A DNA stretch of 64,000 nt from Mustelus asterias (GCF_964213995.1 NW_027590226.1:62001-126000), one strand, 5' to 3'. Positions 34,019-46,765 are shown, counted from the first letter of the stretch. Translations and numbers: made by a program. The notes: a model not told the origin generated them from the letters alone.

Positions 34019-37000
34019 ATAGTCAATTGAATCATTCATTCATTGACTAAGGGAGGGTGGGTGTGTGATTGTGGGATTGTAAATATTGTTACCACTCTGA
34101 GGTGATGTTTCCCTCTGCACTATTTTGTAACCCCCTAAATGGATACACCTCGCATCGTAATCTTAAGTAAGTGTGTGTGAGACAGGAGAAAGCTACTGGT
34201 TTTAGACAGATGTGCAGAAGGAGGTCATTCGGCCCATCTAGTCTGTACCGACCACAATCCCAACCAGGCCCTATTCCCATGACCCCACACTTTTAACCTG
34301 CTAATCCCCCTGACACTGGGGTCAATTTAACATGGCCAATCCACCCAACCCGCACAGCTTTGTGCTGTGGGAGGAATTGGTAAATTAAAGCAGGATCTGA
34401 CACTCTCTGTATCAGGAACAACTAACAGGTCTTTAATTTAGACTGGGTGACAACCTTATTAAAACAATGAACAAACTGAATAAACTCCCCAGTAGAATGC
34501 TGTTCCAATGACAAGACTCACTCAGGAATAATGAAATAAATCATTACAGAATAGAGTCACCCTCAAATAATATAATACCAGGCGTCTGTTGGAAGTGTGA
34601 ACTTTCTTCTGCTGCTTGGGTCTGGAATACTTTCTGAGTTCGTTTCTGCTTCTATTTAGATGGTGATGTGATGAAGCTGTATATATTACTGCAGGATTCA
34701 GTATCAGACTCTCCCTCCTTCAACCTAAAGAGGCAGCAAGGTCGCTCCCTCCCCGTTATTTCCCCCTGTCCCGGGTTTAAATACCCAGAATTTCCTCACA
34801 GTATTCCTGCAATTTGAGTGGCTTGAGGCTGTCACCAACGCTCCAATTTGAATGCAATTGGTTGTGTGTGTTTGAGAGCTTGTTTTAAAATCATTGACCC
34901 AATTCAAAGCCTGTTTTGCTCTGCTGGGACTCTGGCTGCTGCTTTGGACACAAATGTTGTAAAGTTGTCTTCTGCAGCCTGCTTTCTGCAGTTTAAAATC
35001 CCCAGCACAAAGACACAGGCTTTCTAAAGACACAACGCTGGATGGTTTGTTTTGGTTTTCTCAGCATTTCTTTTCAATATTTACATTTGTCAAACACCAG
35101 ATGTTTTACCCTATATGCAACTTCATAACCATATTAGAGAGAGACAGAGAGAAAGAAAGGGAGAGAGAAAGACAGAGAGGGAGAGAAAGAGAGAGAGAGA
35201 GAAAGGGAGAGAGAGAGACAGAGACGGGAGAGTGAGGGAAAGCAGGAAAGGGCAGCAAGAGGTCAGGGTTGTGGGGGGGTGCAGTGAGGGGGTGGGGAAG
35301 AGACACAGGATCTGGGGGTCTCTCGTGTGGAGGGAGAGAGAGGGAGACGTGTGGTTCCCTCATTTCCCACTCACTTTACCCCAATCCTCATTTAAAAATC
35401 ACTTTGTATCTGGCCCTGCTCAGACTGTGTGTGGGATCTTGCTGTGCCCTCATGCTCTCTGTCTCCCCTCCTCCCCTCCCCATATTCCCCGCACCGTGAC
35501 AGTGCCCCACATTTTAAACATAAAAAGATGGAGGGGAAGGAGGGTGGGGTAGAGAGAGGAACAGAGAAGGGGTGGGGAGTGTCGGGGGCTGAGTGGAGGG
35601 GGGTAGGGGGATAGAGACAGAGGCTCTGGGGGTGGGTGGTGTCCTCCTGCAGTGTGGGACTCCCTGTGGGATCCTGATTGCAGCATTCCCAGTCTCTGAG
35701 AGAAAGAGAGAGACAGAAAGAGAAAGAGGGGGAAAGACAGAGAGAGAGAGAGAGACAGGCAGGGAGAAAGAGAGAGAGAAACAGTGTGAGGGAGAGAGAG
35801 AGAAAGACAGAGAAAGATGGAGGGAGAGAGAGAGAGAAAGATGGACGGAGAGAGAGAGAAAGGCAGACAGGGAGTGAGAGAGAAAGATGGAGGGAGTGGG
35901 AGAGAGAGAGGGGGAGAGTGAGGAGGAAAACAGGAAAAGACAGCAAGAGGTGAGGTTTGTGGGGGTGCAGTGAGGGGGTGGGGGAAGAGACACAGGATCA
36001 CAGTGACCCGAGCCGGGAATTGAACCCGGGTCCCTGGAGCTGTGAGGCAGCAGCGCCAACCACTGTGCCCCGATGTGGCCCTCCATGTTATGATTCAATT
36101 CTGAGGGTCCCGGGGCGAGGGGGGGGGGGTGGATTTCACTGCCTCAGCCCCTCTCTGCCTCACTCTCCCTCTGTATAAACATTTCCCAAATTAAAACACA
36201 CTCAACACAGCGAACTGCACCTTCTGGGATCTTCCAGAGCACCACAGAGATTGTGTTTTAAAAAGGGTTTGGCTTCGTTTTAAGAGGGAGTTCAACCCTT
36301 TCTGGGAATTTGGGATGAGACACACAGGGTAGTGAGTGGGGAAGGGGGCTCACAGCAGGCGAGAGTGTTGGGGGGGTGTTGGGGAGGACTGTGTCCCATT
36401 TGATTCAGGTTCACATTGTTGCTGCTGCTGCTGTTGTTGTGGGATCTTGCTGTGCACACACTGGGCCTGTGGCCTTTGCTCGCACTGCAACAGTGACCAC
36501 ACTTTATTAAACAAAATCTCGCTCACGGACCGCAAAGTGGGTTCAAAGGAAGAAGTGTAAACGGGGTCGGGTAAATTAAAGCACTTCAATCGCCGAGGCA
36601 TCGTAGGCTGTGCAGCGAGTGCTGGGGAATGGGGGGAGTATAGATTGGAATTTGATGGCCAGCATAGACCTGGTGGGCCGAAGGGCCTGTTTCTGTGCTG
36701 TGTGACTCCAGATTCTCCTCCCTCTTTTCCCAGGAATTTCTATTTGGATGGGGGGGCGGGGAGGGGGGGGGGGGTTCATAATTTCCCTGTCTCTGTCTCT
36801 CCAGCGTTCTTACCAATCCCAGCACCCCTCCCCTCTCTCCCCAGACATTCCTGTCTATATTTCATCTTTCAATAAAATGTGATGGAAAACACCAATGTGA
36901 ATTTTTTGGATTTAATTTCAGGGAGGGAAAGACAGAGAGAGAGAAAGAGAGAGACAGGGAGGGAGGGAAAGACAGACAGAGACAGAGAAAGACAGGGAGT

Positions 37001-40000
37001 GGGGGAAGGAGAGACAGACAGAGAGAGAGAGAGAGAAAAGCAGCCGAATAAAACCTGCAGCAGCCGCTTTATTCCATCGGATTGGGGATGTGATTGTGGG
37101 TTTTCCTGCTATCTCTCTCTCTCTCCCATCTTTCTCCTTTGATTGTGAGTTATCAGGGAGGGAGAGAGAGAGAAAGGGAGGGTAACAGAGGGAGATCAAA
37201 GGCAGAGGGGCAGGGAGAGGAGACACACTGGAGGGGGGGGTGGGTCCTCTGCTCTGCACTCACAGCCCAGCTCCCCAGTCTCTGGGGAAAAGACCCTCAC
37301 TCACACCCTCCCAGAAGGTGGGATTTGTAACCAGCGGCTGTGTGACTGAGGCTGAATCTGTGCTGTTGTGTTTGAATAGATTTTTTCCCAATATAAAGAT
37401 ATTGGAATGTGGCTGCTGCCACATTGCAGTGAGAGAGAGATGTGGCTTTGCAGGAGCTTCCCTCCCCATTTCCCCATGGAAATCACTGAGAAATAGCAAA
37501 CGTGGCTCACAACACGTCATTATTTGAAACGGTCAGACAGAAACTTATCAGAGAGAGCATTTTAATCCCCATTCATCCCCAGACGGAGAAACAGAGCAGA
37601 GATCAGGACAGATTATCCAGAGTAAGAGAGACCGGGGCAAAGATGGGGTATTGGATATATATATAGATCTGGGGGGAAAGCAAAAGAGACACAGAGGGGG
37701 CTGGACAGGTTCAGAGATAGAGGCAGAGAAAGAGAGAAACAGCGAGAGACAGAGGGAATGGGAGAAGGGTGTGACTCTGCTCGAAGTGGAAGGTTCCCTG
37801 TTCATATCGAATGTACAAACAGCACCAATGCTGGAGTGACTTATTATTTTCATTTGCGGTGGGGGAGAGATGGAGGGGAAAGAGAGGGAGACGTGTGGTT
37901 CCCTCATTTCCCACTCACTTTACCCCAATCCTCACTTCAAAATCACTTTGTATCTGGCCGTGTTCAAGCTGTGTGTGTGTGGGATCTTGCTGTGCACTCA
38001 TGCTCCGTCCCCCTGCCCCATATTCCTCACACTATGACAGAGCCCCATGCTTTAAACATAAAAAGATGGAGGGGAAGGAGGGTGGGGTAGAGAGAGAGAG
38101 AGAAACAGGGTGAACAGAGAAGGGGAGTGTTGGGTGCTCAGTGGAGGGGGGTAGGGGGATAGAGACAGAGGCTCTGGGGGGGGGGGGGGGGGAGGTGTCC
38201 TCCTGCAGTGTGGGACTCCCTGTGGGATCCTGATTGCAGCATTCCCAGTCTCTCTCCCTCTCACTGTGAAGCACTCAGGAGGGAGAGGGAGCTGAAATTC
38301 AAATTCCTGAGCCTGGGGGAAAGGCTTGTTCTCAATCCCAGAGTCCTGCTTGTGTTTTTAGACAGGGCGCTGGGATTTGTGGGTGTGGATGGAGAAGATT
38401 GTTCTGTTTAACTGGGGGTGGGAGAGAGGGGGGTTTGTTCTTTCCACCTGAGGAATAATGCAGCCTCTGTGACTAGGCCGCACTTCACGGCCTAAATCTC
38501 AGCAGCACTTTTGCATTCGCTTAATTCCTCAACAGGGTTTAAGTGGCTGAATTCAATGGTTCAATAAAATGTGAAGCAGCCGCTTCAGGGTGGGATTGTG
38601 GATTTTCCTGCCCCCCCGCGCCTCCCCCCCCCTCTCATTTCCCTTTTGATTGTGAGTTTTATTTTAAACGGTCAGACAGAAACTTAGAGAGAGCATTTCA
38701 ATCCAGATTCGCCTCGAGATAGAGAAACAGAGCAGAGATCAGGACAGGTTATCCAGAGACAGGAGCAGAGACGGGGTATTGGACAGATATAGATCTGGGG
38801 GAAGTGTGTAGGAGACGGAGAGGGAGAAACAGAGGGGGGGGGGAGAGAGGTGACTGATAGAAGTGGGAACTTCATTGGGGCCTCCTGTGTTTATTCACTG
38901 GCCTGTCTCTGGAGTAAAGCCCCCAGAATGCTTTGATGTGTTTAATAAATTCAATATCGGGACAGTCAGGAGGCAGTTGGAAGTTCATTGCATTTGAAAC
39001 ATGTTCCCATTTTGTCAGGGTTTAATAATGAGGTGAAAATGAATGTTTCCCCCACCCCCCCAGTGAGATTGTGAATTTCAGCAAGTCCTGGGATCTTGCT
39101 GTGCCTTTTATTGTTTATAATCAGCTTTTGTTTTGTGTTTAATCAAATTTCACTTTATTTTCTCTTTCTCTCTTCCAAGGAGAATTCCTTTGGAAACTTT
39201 GGCGATGCAGAGAGCGAATAGTTTTGCCGTGAGGAATCCTCGGACAAGAGCTATAACCAGAGAGAAAAATATTAATAAAAGTCCCCGTGTCTTTGTCGTT
39301 CATTTTTATTCACAGATAGACTGGTGGGGCTTTTACACTGAGGGTTAGTGGTCTGTGTGTCAGGGGGAGGGGGGTATTCCCAGTGATCCCTGCTCCAATG
39401 TAATCCCACAGATTTCAATCCCTCTCCCTGAAGCTCTGTCTGTGCAACTCCCCCATCCTCAGAACTGTTTCTCCACATCTTTCCAATCCCGGTCTCTCCC
39501 CATCCTTTATACCTCAGCCTCTCACAATGGCAGCATCTTTCCCTTTTTCTCTCCTTCTCTCTATCTTTCACTCTCTCTGAAACTTTGTCACTCTGTCTTG
39601 CCAAAGCCCCACTTTCTATTTATCTCGACATCTCACTTTGTATCTCAGCCTCTCTGAACATCTCTCTCTCTCTCTCTGTGGATCATTTTATCTCAATCAC
39701 AGCAGCCTCCTCTCCATCTCTCTCTATCTCTGCTCCCCCCTCTGTCTATCTCTGCTCCCTCTCTGTGACTCATTCTGTCTGAAGTACAGCAGCATTCTCT
39801 CTCACTCCCCATCTCTATATCTTTTCACAATAACTTCATTGCAGTGTTAATGTAAGCCTACTTGTGATTAACAAATAAAATTTTAACTTTAACTCTGCTT
39901 TTATTTGTCTCTTATCTCTCTCTCTATCGCTTCCCTCTCTCTATCTGCTTCCCCCTCTCTCTGATCTCTGCTTCCCCCTCTCTCTGATCTCTGCTTCCTT

Positions 40001-41780
40001 CTCTGTGAATCAGTCTGAATTACAGTCGCATCCTCCCCATCTCCATCTCTCTGATCTTTGCTTCCCCCTCTCTGTGAATCATTCTGTCTGAATTACAGCA
40101 GCATTCTCTCTATCTCCATATCTCTACTTCTCTGTCTCTTATATCTCTCTCTCTCTCTGCTCTCTCGTGGGGGACGGGCCAGATCACGGGTTTGCTGTTC
40201 ACAAGCAGCAAGGGCCCAGGAACGCAGAGGGAGGGAATCGGGGGCAATTCAGAGGGATTCAGCACTGCTGAAAGGGGGGGGGGAGTGTGTAATACAGGGG
40301 TTTGTTCAGAGCCGGGGCTATTAGACAGAGAGGGAAGGGGCCGGTGGGGGAGGCTGTTGTACAAGAGGGGGGAATATTATAACACAGGCTGACCAGAGTC
40401 AGGGGTTATCAGAGAAAGGGGGCAATGGAGGAGGGGGGAGGGGGAATCAGACAGGGGGTCTGTTGTACAGGATGGGGGTGGGGGATGTTATAACACAGGC
40501 TGCTCAGTGTCAAGGGAATTAGTCATTTGAACGTTAATGTTTAAAATGGGCAGAGTTTCCACATCCAACTCCACCAGGAGCTGTTTACAGGGGGGTGGTG
40601 GACGGGGATGGACGCGCGGAGGGGGGGGGGGGGGGGGGGGGTACTAATTAGAAAGGGGGGGATCTGTCAGTCCAGAGGCTGTTCACAGGGAGGGAGTGGG
40701 AATTTGCCAGGTTGAGAGGGGCGGGGGGGGAAAGAGGGGAACTTAGAGGGATACGGGGCTCAGAGGGAAGGATCGGGAGATTTAGAGGGATTGTGAGGAG
40801 GGACGACAGATTTGGCTGGAGTGGGGGGGGGGATTGAGGGGGATTAAAGGGGGAGAGTGGAGAGGGATGTAGGGGTAGACTCAGGGATTGTGGTCGGGAA
40901 TTAGAGGGATTCAGGGGGATTTAAGGGTCTCATGGGGACTTTGGGATTTAGCGGGGCTGAGAGGGAGGGAATCGGGGGGAATTGAGGGGGATTTGGGAAG
41001 AGGGGGCTCAGAGGGGGATTTCTGGGGTTCTGAGGGATACAGGAGGGATTGGGGGGTTTACGGGGATTAAAAGACATGGTTTGGTGCTCAGACAGATTGA
41101 AGGGGTGGGATTGGAGAGGGAGCAGGATTCGGGGGCAGAGGAATGTGGCGAGGGTGGGTGCGATCTCGGGAGACATTCAGGGGGGATTCCAGAGGAATCT
41201 CAGGGGCTTAGAATCTGGGGAGGGTCTGGATGGGGTAGGGAGTCAGAGGGAGTTAGCGGGGGGGGCGAGTCGGGGTGGAGGGAAAGGGATTGAGGGCGGG
41301 GTGGATTTATAGGGATTTGGGAGGGGGGAAATTCAGAGAGGGATTTAGGGTGGGGCCTTGCATCAGGGTTAGAATTGGGGGGGTGTCGAGCGATTCGGAG
41401 TGGGGGGGTGACTCAGAGGGATTCAGGGGTGGGGAGGACTGAGGAAGGATTGGGTGGCTTGATTTTGGCAGGGGGGGCAAAGGGAGCCTTTGGGGGGGGG
41501 CTGAGGATTTGGGGCAGGAACTTGGAGGATTCAGGGGGCTGAGAGTCAGATTGGCAGTGGGTGTCAGAGAGATTGAGCGGGGGGAGGGGGTGCTTACAGA
41601 GTCGAATTAAAGGAGATCGGGCAGAGGGACAGGGAATCAGGTGGGGGAAAGAGGAGTTTTGGGGGGGAATTAGTGGAGATTGAGGGCAGCGGGTTGAGAA
41701 GGATTGGGAGTGGCTCAGAGGGCTTTGGCGGTGAGTTCCTGAGAGAGAGTGAGTGGGGGGGGTGATTAGAGTGGGATTGG
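34019..41780 (-). repeat. Right arm of the large inverted duplication
   Basis: Starts exactly at the LTR edge; reverse complement of the left arm. Confidence 0.95.
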
Positions 41781-42152
41781 GGGGGGGAATTCGGGGGGGG
41801 GGGCAATTCGGGGGGGGGGGCAATTCGGGGGGGGGCAATTCGGGGGGGGGGGCAATTCGGGGGGGGGGGCAATTCGGGGGGGGGGGCAATTCGGGGGGGG
41901 GGGGCAATTCGGGGGGGCGGGCAATTCGGGGGGGCGGGCAATTCGGGGGGCGGGCAATTCGGGGGGCGGGCAATTCGGGGGGGCGGGCAATTCGGGGGGG
42001 GCGGGCAATTCGGGGGGGGCGGGCAATTCGGGGGGGCGGGCAATTCGGGGGGCGGGCAATTCGGGGGGGGGGGGTGGGGCAAAGCCCAGGGGGGGGGGCA
42101 AAGCCCAGGAGGGGGGGGGGGCAAAGCCCAGGGGGGGGGGCAAAACCCAGGG
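41781..42152 (+). repeat. G-rich minisatellites (gcaattcg + G-run)n then (gcaaagccca + G-run)n
   Basis: Directly visible; runs into the gap. Confidence 0.95.
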
Positions 42153-42555
42153 NNNNNNNNNNNNNNNNNNNNNNNNNNNNNNNNNNNNNNNNNNNNNNNN
42201 NNNNNNNNNNNNNNNNNNNNNNNNNNNNNNNNNNNNNNNNNNNNNNNNNNNNNNNNNNNNNNNNNNNNNNNNNNNNNNNNNNNNNNNNNNNNNNNNNNNN
42301 NNNNNNNNNNNNNNNNNNNNNNNNNNNNNNNNNNNNNNNNNNNNNNNNNNNNNNNNNNNNNNNNNNNNNNNNNNNNNNNNNNNNNNNNNNNNNNNNNNNN
42401 NNNNNNNNNNNNNNNNNNNNNNNNNNNNNNNNNNNNNNNNNNNNNNNNNNNNNNNNNNNNNNNNNNNNNNNNNNNNNNNNNNNNNNNNNNNNNNNNNNNN
42501 NNNNNNNNNNNNNNNNNNNNNNNNNNNNNNNNNNNNNNNNNNNNNNNNNNNNNNN
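42153..42555. other. Assembly gap
   Basis: Run of N. Confidence 1.
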
Positions 42556-42905
42556 GAAAGATTGAGAGAGAGAAAGATTGAGAGATAGAAAGATTGAGAG
42601 ATAGAAAGATTGAGAGACAGAAAGATTGAGAGACAGAAAGATTGAGAGACAGAAAGATTGAGAGACAGAAAGACAGAGAGAGATTGAGAGAGAAAGATTG
42701 AGAGAGATTAAGAGAGATTGAGAGAGAGAGAGAGAGATTGAGAGAGAGAGAGATTGAGAGAGAGAAAGATTTAGAGAGAGAAAGATTTAGAGAGAGAAAG
42801 ATTTAGAGAGAGAAAGATTTAGAGAGAGAAAGATTGAGATAGAAAGACAGAGAGATTGAGAGAGAGAAAGGTTGAGAGAGAGAAAGATGGAGAGGGAGAT
42901 TGAGA
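42556..42905 (+). repeat. Purine-rich (gaaagattgagaga)n simple repeat
   Basis: Directly visible. Confidence 0.9.
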
Positions 42906-42981
42906 GGAGGCTGCAAACAGAGAGAAAAGCAGGGCTGAGGCGGGAAAGGTGTAGACAGAAAGTGAAGAGGTTCATACTCAC

Positions 42982-43037
42982 CATCGCACATGTTTTCCCT
43001 CGGTGATCTCTCCAACTCCTTCCATCCCCTCTCCCAT
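42982..43037 (-). CDS. Candidate first coding segment of an unidentified gene (MGEGMEGVGEITEGKHVR...)
   Basis: Exon 42982-43072 is bounded by ccctttcccag| and |gtgagt; Kozak ccaccATGG. Confidence 0.4.
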
Positions 43038-43156
43038 GGTGGGGAGAGAGATCCAGGAACAGGGGTTTTGTGCTGGGAAAGGGGGGGTTACAATATCAGA
43101 GCTGGAACTCCATGCAAGCACACACTGACTCACTCACTCACAAAGACACAGCTTAC

Positions 43157-43260
43157 CTGATACTTACCAACCCACGTGGAGAGAGAGACTGGACAATGCA
43201 TCGCCAGCCTTTTTATAACCTCACTGAGTCCCACACCTCCCCAATCAATCCTTATCCAAC
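43157..43260 (-). promoter_or_regulatory. TATA-box Pol II promoter and short non-coding exon 1
   Basis: TATAAAAA 43217-43210, Inr-like ccAgtct at 43190, CCAAT 43241, CACACC 43232, GATA 43251. Tandem donors ttg|gtaagt (43168) and cag|gtaagc (43157). Confidence 0.6.
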
Positions 43261-45184
43261 CACAGCTCCTCCACCTCACCTGAACACACCTCCTCCTACC
43301 TGGCCCAGTCCAACACCAACCTGTCTCTGAATGTGTGGGTGTGTGTGTGTGGGGGTTACTGAGCACCAGGCAAATGGTTTATCCCAAGGCTCTCCCTCAC
43401 CCCCGCCCCCCCCCCCCCCCCCCCACTCCCAGCTTCACATCACCAGCACTGGGAGCTGAGAGAAGATGGATTTAAATGAACCAGCAGCCCTGCACTGCCA
43501 GAGAGAGAGAGAGGCCAGGTCTGAATGTGGATTGTACAACTTGTTCATCCAGGACTCCATCGGCTACAGGTTTGCACCCTTTGCTGATTCTTGTAAAATT
43601 CACTTTTCCTTAAGTTGCCTGAACTGAAACAATATCTTGCAAAGTTCTTTGTTGCTGCGTTTACAAATCCCACTTCTGATTTACAATCTGTCTGTTGTCT
43701 GTCCGGGTGTGTGAATGTGTGTGTGTGCCCTGTGCTTAGTGGTTAATGATTCACCAGAGATCAGAGCTGCAAAATAAAGCGTTTCAACTTCTTTTAACAG
43801 AAGCACTGGCTGGGGGAGGGGAGGGAGAGAATGAGAGTGAAGTTTCTGTCTGATAAATGCTGTAAATGTGTCTTTAACCAGCAGCTCTGCAGAGAGACAG
43901 ATGCAGGATTTTAAACTCTCTGGGAGCTGCAGGCAGGGACTCTCACACACACACACACACACAGATAGACATCAGCTCCTGTTTCACACCAACAACCAGG
44001 CTGGAGTCTGTGCAGCTAATTTCCATCCAGAAATGTACTTGATCCATGAAGTCCAGTGAGGGTTACATTCCCATGACTTCTCATTCAGTCCAATCCAGTT
44101 CAGTTTGTTGGAATGCAGTGTGGGAGCCTCTGAGGGAGTTTGGCTCTGGGGGGGGGGGGGGGGGGTTCACTTTTCTCTCATTCAATCTCTCCTGTCTTCC
44201 ACCCTCTCACAGACCTTCCTTTCGTCCCTGTCCCACCCGCCCCTTTCTCCAAACCTGTTACATTTCTAACTTTCCCCAGTTCACAGGAAAGGTCACAGAG
44301 CTGAAATGTTAACTCTGTTTCTCTCTCTCTGCACAGATGCTGCCGAACCTGCTGAGTTTAATTCCAGCATTTCCCTGTTTTCTAAGATTTCACAGAATAG
44401 TGTTGGTGCAGGAGGAGGCCATTTGGCCCATCGTGTCTGCACCAGCTCTCCAATGTGCTGTTAAATCAGAGATTGGTGTAAAACTGGGATCTGTTCCTGA
44501 CTGAGAGCAAAACGGCAGCTTTACATTTCCAACCTGAAAATAACTGGCCAATATTTTGTGCAGATTGTTACCAGTTCCTTGCTTGTGGTCTATCCCTAAC
44601 TGCCCTTGAACTGAGCAGCTTGCTTGCTGGGCCATTCCAGAGTCAACCACATCGTGTGGACCTGGATTCACATGAAAGACTTACAGGGACTACCAGACCT
44701 GCTGAGATTTTCCAGCATCCTCTGGTCTTTTTCTGGAGTCGGATAAATTCCTTCTCTGAAGGGCATCGGTGAACCAAATGGGTTATAACGGCAATGGTTT
44801 CATGGCCATCACCAGGCCTTTAATGACAGATTTTTATTGAATTGAGATTTCACTATTTGCTGTGGTGTGATTGGAAGCTGTCTGCCCAGTGCATTACCCT
44901 CGGACTCTGGGCTCCCAGTCCAGTGACAATACCACCACACCATCAGATTGAGAGCATTTGTGTGATAGTCCCCAGTCTACCACTTTCAGGCCGGTCTCAA
45001 TATGTTTAAAATAAACCGTTTTAAAATAAATCAATTCAAGTCTAATTAAATACGAGTTGGAGGAATTCACAGGAGCCTGGGGCAGTTTTCTAACACATTA
45101 CCATCTTTCTCTCGATAAGGAATCAAGTATTGTACACAATACTCCAGATGTGGTCTCTCCAATGCCTTGCACAATGGAAACATA

Positions 45185-45565
45185 CTGGAATTTAGAAGAA
45201 TGAGAGATCACTGACAAGATGATAAAAGGTACGGATAAAGTAGACGTGGAGCGGATGCTTCCTCTTGTGGGGCATTCTAGGACGAGAGGTCACAGTCTTA
45301 GGATAAGGGGCAGCAAATTTAAAACAGAGTTGAGGAGAAACTACTTCTCCCAAAGGGTTGTGAATCTGTGGAATTCGCTACCCCAAAGAGCGGAGGATGC
45401 TGGGACAGTGAGTAAATTTAAGGAGGGGTTAGACAGATTTTTAATTGGTGATGGGTTGAAGGGTTATGGGGAGAAGGCAGGAAAATGGGGATGAGGAGCA
45501 TATCAGCCATGATCGAATGACGGAACGGACTCGATGGGCCGAATGGCCTAATTCTGCTCCTATAT
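45185..45565 (+). mobile_element. CR1 3' end fragment
   Basis: RTRGHSLRIRG...FSQRVVNLWNSLP and CR1 3' UTR. Confidence 0.85.
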
Positions 45566-45922
45566 GAGGAATTTCTGACCCGTCCTATTTAATAATACAT
45601 TTTCTCGTAATAAATGGTACCATTTTATGACATTTCTAATTAATTGCTGTACCTGTATATTAGCCCCTTTTGATTCATGCCCAAGGACGGCCCAATCCCT
45701 CTGTCCCTCAGAATGTTGTGATCTCGCACCATTTAGTTATTAAGTGTATTTTATATTCATCAGGCCAAAATGTACATTTTCACATCCGCCCACATAAACA
45801 CAATTTGGCGAAGCTTTGCCAATTCACTGAACTATTTATGTCCCTTCATCGTCCCCTTACATCCTCGTCACCATTCATTTTCCAATCTATCGTTGTATCG
45901 TCAGCAAACTTAACATCCATAT

Positions 45923-46765
45923 CTGCTCTGTAACATATCACTGTGTAATCCAACAATTAATCCAGTTCCCCTGGATTACTGCTCTGTGACATTTCACTGT
46001 GTAATCTAACAATTAATCCAGTTCTCATGGATTACTGCTCTGTTACATATCACTGTGTAATCTAACAATTAATCCAGTTCTCATGGATTACTGCTCTGTT
46101 ACATATCACTGTGTAATCTAACAATTAATCCAGTTCCCCTGGATTCCTGCTCTGTGACATTTCACTGTGTAATCTAACAATTAATCCAGTTCCCCTGGAT
46201 TACTGCTCTGTGACATTTCACTGTGTAATCTAACAATTAATCCAGTTCTCCTGGATTACTGCTCTGTAACATATCACTGTGTAATCTAACAATTAATCCA
46301 GTTCTCCTGGATTCCTGCTCTGTATCACTTCACTGTGTAATCTAACAATTAATCCAGTTCCCCTGGATTCCTGCTCTGTATCACTTCACTGTGTAATCTA
46401 ACAATTAATCCAGTTCCCCTGGATTCCTGCTCTGTATCACTTCACTGTGTAATCTAACAATTAATCCAGTTCTCCTGGATTCCTGCTCTGTATCACTTCA
46501 CTGTGTAATCTAACAATTAATCCAGTTCCCCTGGATTCCTGCTCTGTATCACTTCACTGTGTAATCTAACAATTAATCCAGTTCCCCTGGATTACTGCTC
46601 TGTAACATTTCACTGTGTAATCTAACAATTAATCCAGTTCTCCTGGATTTCTGCTCCGTAACATATCACTGTGTAATCTAACAATTAATCCAGTTTTCCT
46701 ACATTAATGCTCTGTATCTCTTCACTGTGTAATCCAACAATTAATCCAGTTCTCCTGGATTATGT
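45923..46765. repeat. 56-bp tandem repeat, 15 units, plus an isolated unit at ~46955-47020
   Basis: cactgtg recurs every 56 bp from 45939 to 46723; each unit has a taatccag-N5-ctggatt(a/c) hairpin. Confidence 0.95.

Noticed and set aside
9247-41780. Arms as terminal inverted repeats of a giant DNA transposon (Polinton/Teratorn-like)
   Set aside because: No transposase, polB or capsid genes; the arms are host-like DNA with SINE fragments and microsatellites, and no outer TSD is visible.
43160-43168. U1 snRNA 5' end (atacttacc)
   Set aside because: No U1 body follows; it is the complement of a consensus splice donor.
45923-46765. CRISPR-like array (palindromic repeats at regular spacing)
   Set aside because: No unique spacers, no cas genes, vertebrate context; it is a tandem repeat.
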